NCBI GenBank assembly: GCA_030599585.1
Contig: JAUVNS010000002.1
Span: 288,001 to 352,000 of the forward strand
DNA length: 64,000 nucleotides
DNA from: Promethearchaeota archaeon
GTDB lineage: Archaea > Asgardarchaeota > Lokiarchaeia > Sigyniarchaeales > SOKP01
Direction: 5' to 3'
Positions 28,413 to 39,188 of this stretch are shown here, in pieces. Positions within the stretch are counted from its first letter, which is position 1, and each line of letters opens with the position of its first letter. The notes under the pieces were generated by a model. That model was not told the origin of the DNA. It was given only the letters and a program-made list of their open reading frames with translations, and ran no database searches. The position numbers and the translations under genes were made by a program.

Positions 28413-30572
28413 TTAGGATGCCGATTCGTCGATTATATCGTAAATCTTATCAATAAGGGCACTAATCTTTATTGTTTCTTGCTCTTCAGTTTTCATATTT
28501 TTTATCGTAACTTCGTTTTGTTCCATCTCTTTTGGACCAATGATCAATACGATCAAAACTCCAAGTTCATTGGCTTTACTCAATTGATTTTTAAGATTAG
28601 AAAATCGATAATCTACGATACATGGAAAATCTTCACCTCTTACCATTCGAGCTAGTTTCAAAGCATAATCTGATACATTTGCTTTAATAGAAGCAATATA
28701 AATAGTGTCGGTATAATCAGGTTCCCGAATTTCTTCTGGGATTAAGTTATATGTTTTTAGAAATAAAGAGAACATTAAAACGCCCATTCCAAATCCAGTT
28801 CCTGTTATTTTTTCGTCAGAAAATAGAGAAAGTAAGTCATCATAGCGTCCACCACCAAAAATACTCCTAATGTTTTCTTTTCCTGTATCAAAAACTTCAT
28901 ATACGATTCCGGTATAATAATCCAGACCGCGTAAAACTCCAGGTGAAAAGGTACAATACTCTGAGAGCTCAGCATCTTCTAGAAGTTGTATAAATGAAGT
29001 TAGCTCTTTATATCCTATTGTATCGTAAAATTCTTCAGAAATCTCTTCAAATTGGTTTAAAAGGTCTTTTAAACTTGTCGCGTCTTTTAACTTAGATATA
29101 CCTTGAATAATAATCTCGTCTTGAAAAATATCTAATACGTACTTCTCGTATTCCGAGTCTTCCATTTTATCAGCTTTATCTAAAATTTTATACACTAAAG
29201 GTATTTTTTCTTTAGGCACATTCAATATTAATTCGCAAACCGAATCTATGAAGCGACGATTATTGTAATAAATTTGAAATTGCTCAGGTGTAGCACCAAA
29301 TTCAGTAAAAATGTTAACGATAATGGTAAATATTTCTAAATCAGCATAAAGACTATCTTCTCCTAAAATATCTGCGTTAAATTGATAAAATTCCCTACGA
29401 CGTCCTTTTTGTGGCTGTTCATACCGATAACATTTTGGGATGGAATACCATCGTATTGGCTTCTTCAGTTCTTGACTTTTCTTAGCGACCATTCTAGCTA
29501 AAGATGGAGTAAGTTCAGGTTTAAGAATCAACTGAATATCCTCGATTTTTTCAACATAAAAAGATTGTTCATTCACTAACTCATCAGATGATTTTGCTGC
29601 GTATATCTCAATTGGTTCTAGCAATGGCGTTTCAAATGCCTCATAACCAAATAATTCCACGACATCTTTTATATTATCAAGAATCCAGTTTAATTCACGA
29701 AAATCTGAAGGATAATAATCATTCATTCCCTTTACAGGTTCGGGTGAAAATTTTAAATCTGGTAATGACTTCTCCCAAATTCTAAATTTCTCTTGAATAT
29801 ATTTATACTTAAAATCTAATGTAAGTATATTTCCTTTATTTTTAATGTCAAAATAAAAGAAATCTTCGAAAATTACCATATAATTGGGTATTCTTGGCGA
29901 TAAGATCGCTTGATTGGTTTTTTTTTGAAGCTGATTTCGATATTGTAGAGCTTTATTATATGCTTTTAAAGCAAAACTGGCTTCTTGTATATATTCGGTC
30001 TTTTTTTTCTTTGAATAATATTTTAATAAAGCTATTTTTTGGATTCGTAAATCTCCAAGAATTTCATAGAAGTATAATAATTGTCTAATATTGCTTTCTT
30101 TGTTGAATTTCTCAATCTTAGAAGCTGTTAATAAAATAGCGTTATCTAAATTTGAAATCATTTGATCAATTTTCAAAGGATAAGTTTCTTTAAAAAATTC
30201 TTCTGGACTTTTTGAGATCATTTCGTGAGCTACTAAATTCCTCTCCTTTGAAATAAAATTGAAAATGTAATTATTTAACCGTAAATAATAAGAAAAATCA
30301 ATATATTCAATTCCATAAAATTTTCTGTTTAAAACAAGATAATTATTAAAAATATTGATCTGTTTTAATTCATAATTTCTTATTTGGCTTAAATATGACT
30401 CTATAGAAAAATCACTCAAAAATTTATATTCTAGAATAATTTTCTTTACTTTCTGTAATAAGACCATATAATAATTAACGAACTCCGCTTCACCAATTTG
30501 ATTGAACAGTTTCGAGTTTTTAATCTCTTCAATTTTTTCTTCTAACGATTCAATTTCAAAATTTAGTTTCAA
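28413..30572 (-). CDS. hisS: Histidyl-tRNA synthetase with a long helical N-terminal extension
   Basis: Core PVKGMNDY, LKPELTPSLAR, YRYEQPQKGRRREFYQ, RGLDYYTG, GGGRYD, anticodon domain. About 275 extra N-terminal aa. Frame is open up to ATT 30623. Confidence 0.9.
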   Translation of the reverse strand: MKLNFEIESLEEKIEEIKNSKLFNQIGEAEFVNYYMVLLQKVKKIILEYKFLSDFSIESYLSQIRNYELKQINIFNNYLVLNRKFYGIEYIDFSYYLRLNNYIFNFISKERNLVAHEMISKSPEEFFKETYPLKIDQMISNLDNAILLTASKIEKFNKESNIRQLLYFYEILGDLRIQKIALLKYYSKKKKTEYIQEASFALKAYNKALQYRNQLQKKTNQAILSPRIPNYMVIFEDFFYFDIKNKGNILTLDFKYKYIQEKFRIWEKSLPDLKFSPEPVKGMNDYYPSDFRELNWILDNIKDVVELFGYEAFETPLLEPIEIYAAKSSDELVNEQSFYVEKIEDIQLILKPELTPSLARMVAKKSQELKKPIRWYSIPKCYRYEQPQKGRRREFYQFNADILGEDSLYADLEIFTIIVNIFTEFGATPEQFQIYYNNRRFIDSVCELILNVPKEKIPLVYKILDKADKMEDSEYEKYVLDIFQDEIIIQGISKLKDATSLKDLLNQFEEISEEFYDTIGYKELTSFIQLLEDAELSEYCTFSPGVLRGLDYYTGIVYEVFDTGKENIRSIFGGGRYDDLLSLFSDEKITGTGFGMGVLMFSLFLKTYNLIPEEIREPDYTDTIYIASIKANVSDYALKLARMVRGEDFPCIVDYRFSNLKNQLSKANELGVLIVLIIGPKEMEQNEVTIKNMKTEEQETIKISALIDKIYDIIDESAS

Positions 30573-30815
30573 GATTTTATTTAATCTTTCTTCTTCAAAT
30601 ATATTATTATTATTCTCTACAATCCTTCACCATTTTTGTTATACATCCACGATGGATACTTTTAAAGCAAATATCTATCCTTATCACAGAGTCTTTTAAG
30701 AAATTTTTTTGATTGGTGTTATTACGAATTGATATGAATAGAATCAAATTAAGTTTACTACTTGATTATTAGTGAAAAATATATCTAATAGAAAAGAAAG
30801 AAACTGAAATGCGAT

Positions 30816-32363
30816 TTAAAAAAAATTCTCAAAATCTTTTTGTTGTTCTGCTCTAACCCCATATTTAATAATTAATTTTCTATAGAAATTATTAGATAAA
30901 GTTCTTAATTCTTCAAATGAAGAAGGAGAATAAATAGCTTTATTTGCAAGTGCAATAATTGTTTTTACAACTTCTCTAATTTTAGGTTTATAATTGAAAT
31001 TTTTAAGAAACTCTGAAATGTTAATTATTTTAATATTATATTTATAATCAATATCAAGAGGTATCATAAAAGTTTTAATAGTAGTGAATAAAGTTATTAT
31101 AATCAACATCATGCTATTATCATGATATCCTTTTCGAAATTTGCGATAAATAGTAGATAACCGAGATGTAATTGTATAATCAAAATTTATAGCTCGAATA
31201 TTTGAAGGGATTCTAATTTTAGTTAAATTCAGAAATTCTTGAGTAAGGATTATAGAATTATCTACGCGATAAGATTTATTAGGACTAATCTCATAAAATG
31301 AAAGAATTCCCTTATCTTTGTAATTTTCCATAAAAAGAAATTCTAAGATTTTATGAATCATTTTACCAATTGTTACAACTATATCACTTAATGTGAATTC
31401 TCTTATCCAAGTATCATAATTTTCACCTGATTCAAAAATGAATCTCTTGACAACCTTTCTTATCTGGGACGCAGAGGGAGATTTTTCTTTATAAATATGT
31501 TTAATTTCATTCTTTACTTCATTAAAGTTTCCAACTTCTTCGAATATTTGTTTCCATAATATTGCATCTTCAATAACCCACTTTCTTTCATGATGTTTTG
31601 AATTTCTTTCATACCATAGGTCATAATTTTTTCCTAGCAATTTTTTTAAAGATTTTTTTATAGCTTTTGCATCATGACTTGTTCTTTCAGAAAGCCTTTT
31701 TAGTGTACCATATTCTTCAAAAAGGGTTTTCCAATATATTACGGTTTCTACTGGAAATGAATATTTAGCATTTTCAAGCAACCAATTCTCATATTCTTCT
31801 TTTAAAATCTTTTGTAATCCTTTTCTTATCGTAAATGCATCTGGAGGGTTTTCTTTAGCCGAAATTCTTAATTGATCTCTTACATCTTTTAAACTTCCAA
31901 GTTCTTGATATAATTTTTTCCAATAATGATAATCAGCTTCTGAATAAATTTTATGTCTCTCTCTTCTACTTCTCTCATGTTGTTTTAACCAAACATCATA
32001 ATTAACCTCAAGAACTTTTGTGATATAATTGTTCACATAATTAGAAATCGTTCCCCAGTGAGGTCCATGAATATTCCCATCTTCTTTTAAGTGATCTTCT
32101 ACAGCTTTATAGCTATGTAATTTTTCGTATAATTCCTTCCACGACTTTGCATCATCCCAAGAATATTTCCCCATTATTTTATATTTATTATACCAAGTAT
32201 TGAAATTGGAACCAATAAATTCTTTTAATTTGCGCTTTATAGTATTAGGGGGGACATTTATCTTAAATTCTTTATAGTACTTTTTACTAGCTTCATTCAA
32301 GTTACCAAATCTTTCATATAATCTTTTCCATTTAAGAACTTCTTCATTATTGTACTTACTCAT
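30816..32363 (-). CDS. Orphan protein: five tandem HTH-like repeats plus putative PD-(D/E)xK-like nuclease domain
   Basis: Five repeats with W-K-x-L/I-Y/F...I-K/R/S...Y/F-x-x-W. C-terminal GKMIHKILE...YE...RVD...FDYT. Confidence 0.55.
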   Translation of the reverse strand: MSKYNNEEVLKWKRLYERFGNLNEASKKYYKEFKINVPPNTIKRKLKEFIGSNFNTWYNKYKIMGKYSWDDAKSWKELYEKLHSYKAVEDHLKEDGNIHGPHWGTISNYVNNYITKVLEVNYDVWLKQHERSRRERHKIYSEADYHYWKKLYQELGSLKDVRDQLRISAKENPPDAFTIRKGLQKILKEEYENWLLENAKYSFPVETVIYWKTLFEEYGTLKRLSERTSHDAKAIKKSLKKLLGKNYDLWYERNSKHHERKWVIEDAILWKQIFEEVGNFNEVKNEIKHIYKEKSPSASQIRKVVKRFIFESGENYDTWIREFTLSDIVVTIGKMIHKILEFLFMENYKDKGILSFYEISPNKSYRVDNSIILTQEFLNLTKIRIPSNIRAINFDYTITSRLSTIYRKFRKGYHDNSMMLIIITLFTTIKTFMIPLDIDYKYNIKIINISEFLKNFNYKPKIREVVKTIIALANKAIYSPSSFEELRTLSNNFYRKLIIKYGVRAEQQKDFENFF

Positions 32364-32750
32364 TACTATAATCTCAATTTAAGTCTCATTTTATATTAAA
32401 TCCATTTAAGATTTAGGCTTCTTAATTGATCCCAAAATTTATTTTACGAGTAGAAGTTGATAAATATATAATTATTTTTACTGTATTAAAAAATTACACC
32501 TTATAGATTTTCTGATTTAAAAATAAAAAGCAGGAATTTAAAGTCATACCTATTCCTCTTAGTGGTTTGGGTGATAGTTTCTTAGACATAATATTGCTCA
32601 CTTAAATTAGCGCTTGTAATATTTAAAAAAGCGATCATTTACAATTATCTTTTTCGTTTTTATTGGATTAAGGAAAGTTACTTTAGTCTTTCCTTCTCTA
32701 ATACCATTCAAGATAAAAATCTATTAAAATAATTAAGCGTTAAAATAAAT

Positions 32751-33128
32751 ATGTCAAATATTGAAACAATTAACCCGGGAATCCCCGTAGCAGGCCCTTA
32801 TAATCCAGGTATAAAAACAGGTAATTTTCTATTTATTTCTGGTCAAGGTTCGGCTCAATCTAAAGAAGATATTAAAGAACAGACATTAACTACACTCAAT
32901 AAAATAAAAACAATTGTAGAGGCTGGAGGCGGTAAAATTTCTAACATCGTTAAAGCAACCGTTTATTTAAAAGATATCAACGACTTTAGCAAAATGAACA
33001 CTGTTTACAAGAAATTTTTTAATGATAACGGCGTTTCAGAAGCTTACCCTTCAAGAGCAGCATTAGAAGTATCGAATTTACCTTTACCTAACATGTTAAT
33101 AGAAATAAGTGCAATCGCTGTGTTATAA
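32751..33128 (+). CDS. ridA: RidA/YjgF family enamine deaminase
   Basis: GPYNPG, LFISGQ, VKATVYL, FSKMNTVY, PSRAALEV, IEISAIA. Confidence 0.88.
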   Translation: MSNIETINPGIPVAGPYNPGIKTGNFLFISGQGSAQSKEDIKEQTLTTLNKIKTIVEAGGGKISNIVKATVYLKDINDFSKMNTVYKKFFNDNGVSEAYPSRAALEVSNLPLPNMLIEISAIAVL

Positions 33129-33217
33129 TTCAGTATAATGTATTTTTTTTAACAAAAACTAAAAAGCAATTTTCATCTATTATCACTTAATTACTAATTA
33201 CGTAGGTTGAATGATAT

Positions 33218-34402
33218 TTGATTTTAACATCTAGTTATGAAGAATTAAAGAATTTAGTAAAAAACAAGAAGTTTCCTTTGGCGATATGTGATCTTGATGC
33301 TTTCAATCAGAATTTAGAGAGAGTTGGTAAATTTCTTAGAACAACAAAGAAAAATTTAAGATTATGTACTAAATCTGTCAGAGTTCCTGAACTGGTAAAT
33401 AAAGTTGAAAAAGAAGATTTTGTTAACGGCATCTTTACCTATAACTCAGCAGAAGCATTATTCTACTCAGAAAATTATCGGATTAAAGATATTTTGATGG
33501 GTTATCCAACGATGTCTAAAGTCGATGTCGAAGAATTATGTCAAGCGGCAAAAGTAGATGGAGTAAGGATTTCAGTAATGGTAGATGATACTAAACAGAT
33601 CAATCTTTTAGATGAGGCTGCAACTAAGAATAGCGTTGAGTTTGATATTTTGATTGAAATTGATGTTGCTGACAAATTACTTGGAAGAAATATTGGCGTT
33701 TTAAGAAGTTCCATAAGGGATCCTGAAGTTGTAGTAAGCCTTGCACGCCTTATCAATAAAAAATCTCAGTTGCATTTTCGAGGGATTATGGGTTATGAAG
33801 CTCAGAATGCGAGTATAGGAGATGATAAAATGTTGTTTAGATATGTGAAGAAGAGATCAAGGAAAAAAGTTAATATGTGGCGTCAAAATACTGTAGATGC
33901 CCTTAATACTGCGGGATTTCAACCAGAAGTTGTAAATGGGGGAGGTTCAGGATGCTTCCAAGAAACAGCTACCGAGTCCTCTATAACTGAAATAGGTATA
34001 GGATCATTACTTTTTAAATCGCATATTTTTGACACAATTAATTCTTTAAACGAGTTCCTACCATCTATGTTCTTTGTTCTACAAATTGTCAGAAAACCAC
34101 GAATAAATATTGCCACTGCTTTTTCAGGAGGGTATGTGAGTTCTGGAAGTGTGAGAGCATTGCCTATATCGGTTATTCCGAAGAATTTGAAATTAACTAA
34201 AGACGAAGGTTTTGGAGAAGTTCAAACACCCTTTATTTTTGATCCAAACCAAATTGAATTAAACCTTGGAGATCCAATATTTTGTAGGTTTGGTAAAGCA
34301 GGGGAACCATTAGAACACTTTAATGACGTATTGATTTATAGCAAGGGTGAACTAATAGATAGTTATAAAACTTACCGTGGACACGGCAAAAGATTTTCTT
34401 GA
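33218..34402 (+). CDS. Fold-type III PLP enzyme (alanine racemase/DSD1/D-threonine aldolase-like)
   Basis: LRLCTKSVR (PLP lysine), GIMGYEAQ, VNGGGSG, EGFGEVQTP, KAGE, TYRG. Confidence 0.8.
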   Translation: MILTSSYEELKNLVKNKKFPLAICDLDAFNQNLERVGKFLRTTKKNLRLCTKSVRVPELVNKVEKEDFVNGIFTYNSAEALFYSENYRIKDILMGYPTMSKVDVEELCQAAKVDGVRISVMVDDTKQINLLDEAATKNSVEFDILIEIDVADKLLGRNIGVLRSSIRDPEVVVSLARLINKKSQLHFRGIMGYEAQNASIGDDKMLFRYVKKRSRKKVNMWRQNTVDALNTAGFQPEVVNGGGSGCFQETATESSITEIGIGSLLFKSHIFDTINSLNEFLPSMFFVLQIVRKPRINIATAFSGGYVSSGSVRALPISVIPKNLKLTKDEGFGEVQTPFIFDPNQIELNLGDPIFCRFGKAGEPLEHFNDVLIYSKGELIDSYKTYRGHGKRFS

Positions 34403-34437
34403 AATATCTTTTTAAAAAAGAAAAAAAGAAAAAATAA

Positions 34438-36276
34438 TTAGTAAAGGTCTTTAATTACAAAATCCAAATTTAATTCTGAAAGAGTTTCTTTAAGAGGTTT
34501 TCCATTTTCAGGGTCCCATCCGAAGCTTTCACAGTAAACTCTGTAGTCTGCTACATAATCTACCCCTACAGCCCTTTCTGGTAACTTGTTTTTAGTCATG
34601 TTGATGCCTTCTCTAATATTGAACGATTGTCTTAGTGTTTGAATACGCTTTCCTATTTTTACGATATCATCCATAGTAATATCCCAACCAGCAATGCTTT
34701 TTATAAATTCTATGAGAGGATATTTCTGGAAGAAGTAAGCAAATTCACACAAACCAGTACAACTTGTAGCTTGCCATAGAGCTGAAACCGATTTAAGTGC
34801 TTCATTACGATCCTCGCTTGGTCTTTTAAACTTTTTAGGTAAACTAAATCCTGAAAATAAACCATCAGGTTTCATCAACGGTCCTCCAACCATTATGTCT
34901 AAACATCCTGAGGTGTGTCTACCCGGAGTTGGATCGAAAGCATATGACATTCCTAGCGATTTATAATATTTAGGTGAATGCATAGCAAGTTCTTGACCCA
35001 TCGAATGTATTGCGTATTCAGCGCCCTTTCCAAGTTTTTCTGAAGCAATTTTCGAACCATCAGCTAAAATATCTCCTATTCCATTGCGGTTTATAATCTT
35101 TTTCACTAACTCGACGATTGCTTTTGAATTTCCCCAGTTCAATTCAAGGCCATCTACATCATCGTTATTTAGTAAACCATTTTCATAGCATTCAATAGTG
35201 TATGCTACAGTTCCACCAACTGAAATTGTATCAATCCCTCCTCGATTGCATAATTCATTAATTTCAATTATCGAAAGCAAATCGTCGTTTAACAAAAGAT
35301 GTCCAAAAGATGCACAAGTTTCATATTCAGGTCTGTGTGTTTCTTTAATATTAATTTGGGGTACTTTCAGTATAGCTCCGCATTGAACAGGGCAACCAAA
35401 ACAACCGTATTTTTTTTCTTTAAATTTATCTAATTCTAAACCGGTAATTTTATTTAGATTTTCCACCGTAAAATCTTCGGCAGAAGTTCCACCCCAATTC
35501 TTTATCGGAGCATCACCTGTTTTTGCTACAATGTCATTCATCCATGGTGTACCCAAATCACTCCATAACTTTATTGAACCTACTGAAGCAGTGCTTATTC
35601 CATTATTATATTCTTTCACTAATTGAGTAAGAGCATCTTTATCTTCCAACTCAATTTTTTGATTTCCTTTTAGTACTATTGCTTTAAGTTTTTTAGAACC
35701 CATTACAGCACCTAAACCAGATCTAGCTGCTATCCTTCCCTTGTCATTTACGATTCCTGAGATTAAAGAAAGTTTTTCACCAGCAACCCCGATACTAGCA
35801 ATTCTGGAACCTGAATACCTATCTAATAATCTCTCTTCCGTTTCTATGGTATCTAAACCCCATATATCTGCTGCATCAATAATTTGCTTCTCATTATTGA
35901 TTATCGTTATAATTTTTGGACTACTTGCTATACCTTTAATTAATATTCCATCATATCCAGATTTCTTTATTTCAGGTCCGAAAAAACCTCCACAGTGAGA
36001 ATCACCCCATGTTCCCGTAAGAGGCGACTTACCTGCCACCATATATCTCCCCGTGAGAGGTGCCAATGTTCCAGTTAAGAAACCTGGAAAAAAGCCTAAT
36101 ATAGCATCTGGACCTAAAGGGTCTACATTTTTAGGCGTATTTTCATAAATATACTTCGCTGCTAATCCAAAACCGCCTAAATATTGTTGATATAACTCTT
36201 CTGGTACATCCACCTCTTTAAAAGTCCCATCAGTAAGATCCACCCATAAAATTTTTCCCATATAACCATTTGGCAA
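34438..36276 (-). CDS. aor: Aldehyde:ferredoxin oxidoreductase family (W/Mo-pterin)
   Basis: GYMGKILWVDL, KSPLTG, AARSGLGAVMGSKKLKAI, CFGCPVQC, PEYET, GIDTIS. TTG start. Confidence 0.9.
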   Translation of the reverse strand: MPNGYMGKILWVDLTDGTFKEVDVPEELYQQYLGGFGLAAKYIYENTPKNVDPLGPDAILGFFPGFLTGTLAPLTGRYMVAGKSPLTGTWGDSHCGGFFGPEIKKSGYDGILIKGIASSPKIITIINNEKQIIDAADIWGLDTIETEERLLDRYSGSRIASIGVAGEKLSLISGIVNDKGRIAARSGLGAVMGSKKLKAIVLKGNQKIELEDKDALTQLVKEYNNGISTASVGSIKLWSDLGTPWMNDIVAKTGDAPIKNWGGTSAEDFTVENLNKITGLELDKFKEKKYGCFGCPVQCGAILKVPQINIKETHRPEYETCASFGHLLLNDDLLSIIEINELCNRGGIDTISVGGTVAYTIECYENGLLNNDDVDGLELNWGNSKAIVELVKKIINRNGIGDILADGSKIASEKLGKGAEYAIHSMGQELAMHSPKYYKSLGMSYAFDPTPGRHTSGCLDIMVGGPLMKPDGLFSGFSLPKKFKRPSEDRNEALKSVSALWQATSCTGLCEFAYFFQKYPLIEFIKSIAGWDITMDDIVKIGKRIQTLRQSFNIREGINMTKNKLPERAVGVDYVADYRVYCESFGWDPENGKPLKETLSELNLDFVIKDLY

Positions 36277-36399
36277 CTATTTTTAACTCCTATGATTTAA
36301 TTTTTATAAATATGTTTCAAGTGTATTTATTAAATAATTAAATGTTTAGAATGTTTAAAAAGATTATAAACGAGAAAATTATAAAATAGCTAACAAATC

Positions 36400-36690
36400 A
36401 TGCCTAAACATCAAAATAATTTTATTATTATGAATCCAGATGATAATTGTGTTACTGCTCTCGAAGATATATCAGAAGGCTCACAAATTCAAATAAGAGA
36501 AAGTTCCATTGTCATTAACCAAAATATATCTTTAGGGCATAAAATCGCTTTAGAAGACATTAAAAAAGGCGATTTGGTTAAAAAATATGGTCACTCTATA
36601 GGAATTGCTACAGCTGATATAAAGAAGGGAGATTGGATACATACTCATAATCTTACAAGTCAGTATCTCAAGGAGGTAGCGAAAATATGA
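36400..36690 (+). CDS. UxaA/SuyA-type dehydratase small (SAF) subunit
   Basis: NPDDNCVTAL, GHKIAL, KYGHSIG, WIHTHNL. Confidence 0.88.
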   Translation: MPKHQNNFIIMNPDDNCVTALEDISEGSQIQIRESSIVINQNISLGHKIALEDIKKGDLVKKYGHSIGIATADIKKGDWIHTHNLTSQYLKEVAKI

Positions 36691-37874
36691 TTGAAGAATT
36701 TATGGGATATCAACGACCGAATGGAGAAGTTGGAATTAGAAATAAGATCGCAATAATTTCTTCTGTTGTATGCGTAAATCACGTAGTCCAGCAAATCGCT
36801 AATAAAATTAAGGGTGCGGTGCCTATTACTCATCCTTTAGGATGTGGTCAATTTGGACCCGATTATAAAAACACTTTGAATACTTTAATTGGTTTAGGAA
36901 AGAATCCTAACGTTTTTGGAGCTGTAGTTGTTGGTTTAGGATGTGAAAATATTAGTAGTAGATTAATAGCTAAAAATATCATGAAATCAAAAAAGCCAGT
37001 TGAATTTTTTGACTTACAAGAAGTTAAAGGAGGATCACCAGCTGCAATAGAAAAAGGTATTATCCTTGGGAACAGAATTTCTGAAGAAGCAAGAGAATTG
37101 AAAAGAGAACCATTTGATTTCTCCCATATCGTTTTAGGGTTAGAATGTGGAGGATCAGATTCAATTTCTGGAATATCTGCGAATCCAGCTTTAGGAATTG
37201 TATCTGATAGAATTGTTAATTTTGGAGGAACTTCCATTTTAGCAGAATTTACGGAATGGATTGGGACTGAACATTTATTAATTGAACGAGCAATAAATAA
37301 AAATGTCGCGGAACAAATACATGAGTTACTCTCCGGTTTTTTAGAAAATCTAAATGATCTAGGCATTAATTTTCTTGGAGTACAACCCACGCCTGGGAAT
37401 ATTCAAGGCGGTTTAACAACCATAGAAGAAAAAAGTTTAGGTTCCATAGCAAAAGCGGGAAAATCTCCTATCCAAGGGTTAATTCAATATACAGAAAAAC
37501 CTAAAGGGAAGGGGCTGTGGTTAATGATCGAACCAAGTTTGGATGTTGAATCTATGACAGGATTGGCCGCAGTAGGAGCAAATGTTATTGCCATGACGAC
37601 AGGAAGAGGTAGCCCTTGTGGAAACCCTGTGGCTCCTGTGATAAAATTATGCGGTAATCCAAAAACTTGTGAATGGATGGCAGAAAACATCGATGTTGAT
37701 GTTAGTTCAATAATTAAAGGAGAAAACTCCGTGGAGGAACTTGCTGAAGTTCTGTGGTTAAGAATGAAGAATGTATTGAACGGTGAAAAAACTCAAGCAG
37801 AAAAATTAGGTTTTAACGATATTGCGATTTGGAGAAATACAGCAGCACCGTTTCAATACATGCATTGTAAATAA
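36687..37874 (+). CDS. UxaA/SuyB-type dehydratase or sulfo-lyase large subunit
   Basis: GYQRPNGEVGIRN, HPLGC, GLGCE, ECGGSD, TPGNIQGGLTTIEEKSLG, TTGRG. ATGA overlap with the small subunit. Confidence 0.88.
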   Translation: MIEEFMGYQRPNGEVGIRNKIAIISSVVCVNHVVQQIANKIKGAVPITHPLGCGQFGPDYKNTLNTLIGLGKNPNVFGAVVVGLGCENISSRLIAKNIMKSKKPVEFFDLQEVKGGSPAAIEKGIILGNRISEEARELKREPFDFSHIVLGLECGGSDSISGISANPALGIVSDRIVNFGGTSILAEFTEWIGTEHLLIERAINKNVAEQIHELLSGFLENLNDLGINFLGVQPTPGNIQGGLTTIEEKSLGSIAKAGKSPIQGLIQYTEKPKGKGLWLMIEPSLDVESMTGLAAVGANVIAMTTGRGSPCGNPVAPVIKLCGNPKTCEWMAENIDVDVSSIIKGENSVEELAEVLWLRMKNVLNGEKTQAEKLGFNDIAIWRNTAAPFQYMHCK

Positions 37875-37886
37875 AAATAGGATAAC

Positions 37887-39188
37887 CTATAAAAATGGAT
37901 TTTTATCTCTAAATATCTTCTCTTTGTATTGTTCCAGATGTGGGGGCGCTAAACCTTTTTCCGTTGCTTCTTTTTTCATATCTTTTAGAATTTCCCCACA
38001 ATTTATTGAAACGGGGCACCAATGATAGCAATTTTCACATCCCGTACAGAGAAAAAGACCATCATTTACAGCAGCTTCGATTCCATTGTGAATGTAGTCT
38101 CGAATAATTGCTGTAGCACCCAACCCATACTTAGAGGCATAGATATTTCCAAAAGCTCGTGAAGCAGTACATGGATAAATACAGGATTTACAGCCAATGC
38201 ATTTCAAGAAATCAGCGTAGATGAGACTTTCGTTAACAGCTTTAGTTCTCCAATCATCGACAAGGATAACGACTACTTCCTTTGCTCCATACATGCCTTG
38301 AACACTTGTGCCTTGTATATCAGATGTATTTGACGGTCCTGAAATGAGGCTTATGTAATTATACGAAACATTGTTAATCCGAGACTGTGATTTAGTAACA
38401 AGTATTGCATCGAATATAGTAGGAACAATTTTAGTTATACCACAAACTACTATGTGTTTATCAGTTGCTCTTGTTATAAGACTAATGTTACCTTCATTTT
38501 CTCCTAAAACAATAGTACCATCTTCAGCAGATATTGCATTTGCAGAAGTTAAAGATATTTTCACATCGTTGAGTAATTCTTTTCTATAAGTACTTCTAAA
38601 ATAGTTAACAATTGCTTGAGCTTTAGGTTCGAGTTCCACACCATATACTTCTTTTATTTTCTTAGCTATTTCTTCTTCCGTAAAGTGAGCCCCTGGACCT
38701 ACTTGAAAACTAGGTAATTTATAATCAAATAATTGAACGAGTACATCGCCCAAGTCAGTTTCTTTAATTATTATCTCATTCTTCTTCAAAACATCAATAA
38801 TCCCAATGTCTTTAGCTTCATTCGATTTTGACTTATAGATGATTCTAGCATCTCCTAATTCTTCCATGAAAATCTTTTGAGCTTGTTCGTTTGTTTTTGC
38901 GTAATGAACAGTGAAATTCTTCTTGCGCATGATATTAATGCATTTTTCTACGTAAGCATCCATGTTATTGACAAACTCTTCTCGCATTTCAATAAGGTTA
39001 TCACGATTTTTATCCACAAATTCTCGACTCGTATCGTCGTATAAGTACCTTAAATCATGCTGTCTGGTTTTTATCACGCAAGCAAATTTCCAGAAATCTC
39101 CAAATTGCTTTTCTAAAGTCCCTTCTTCCTGAGAATCTTCAATTTTCTTCTTAACTTTCTCATATAGCCCCTTTCCGCTTTCACTCAC
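37887..39188 (-). CDS. LutB/LldF-like LUD-domain iron-sulfur protein
   Basis: KSKS, ETDLG, ENEGN, ISGPSNTSDI, CIGCKSC and CTGCENC...CP clusters. Confidence 0.8.
   Translation of the reverse strand: MSESGKGLYEKVKKKIEDSQEEGTLEKQFGDFWKFACVIKTRQHDLRYLYDDTSREFVDKNRDNLIEMREEFVNNMDAYVEKCINIMRKKNFTVHYAKTNEQAQKIFMEELGDARIIYKSKSNEAKDIGIIDVLKKNEIIIKETDLGDVLVQLFDYKLPSFQVGPGAHFTEEEIAKKIKEVYGVELEPKAQAIVNYFRSTYRKELLNDVKISLTSANAISAEDGTIVLGENEGNISLITRATDKHIVVCGITKIVPTIFDAILVTKSQSRINNVSYNYISLISGPSNTSDIQGTSVQGMYGAKEVVVILVDDWRTKAVNESLIYADFLKCIGCKSCIYPCTASRAFGNIYASKYGLGATAIIRDYIHNGIEAAVNDGLFLCTGCENCYHWCPVSINCGEILKDMKKEATEKGLAPPHLEQYKEKIFRDKNPFL

Noticed and set aside
32364-32750. Long spacer next to the orphan repeat gene as possible ncRNA, tRNA or element end
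   Set aside because: No cloverleaf, stable GC hairpin, terminal inverted repeat or direct repeat was visible by eye.
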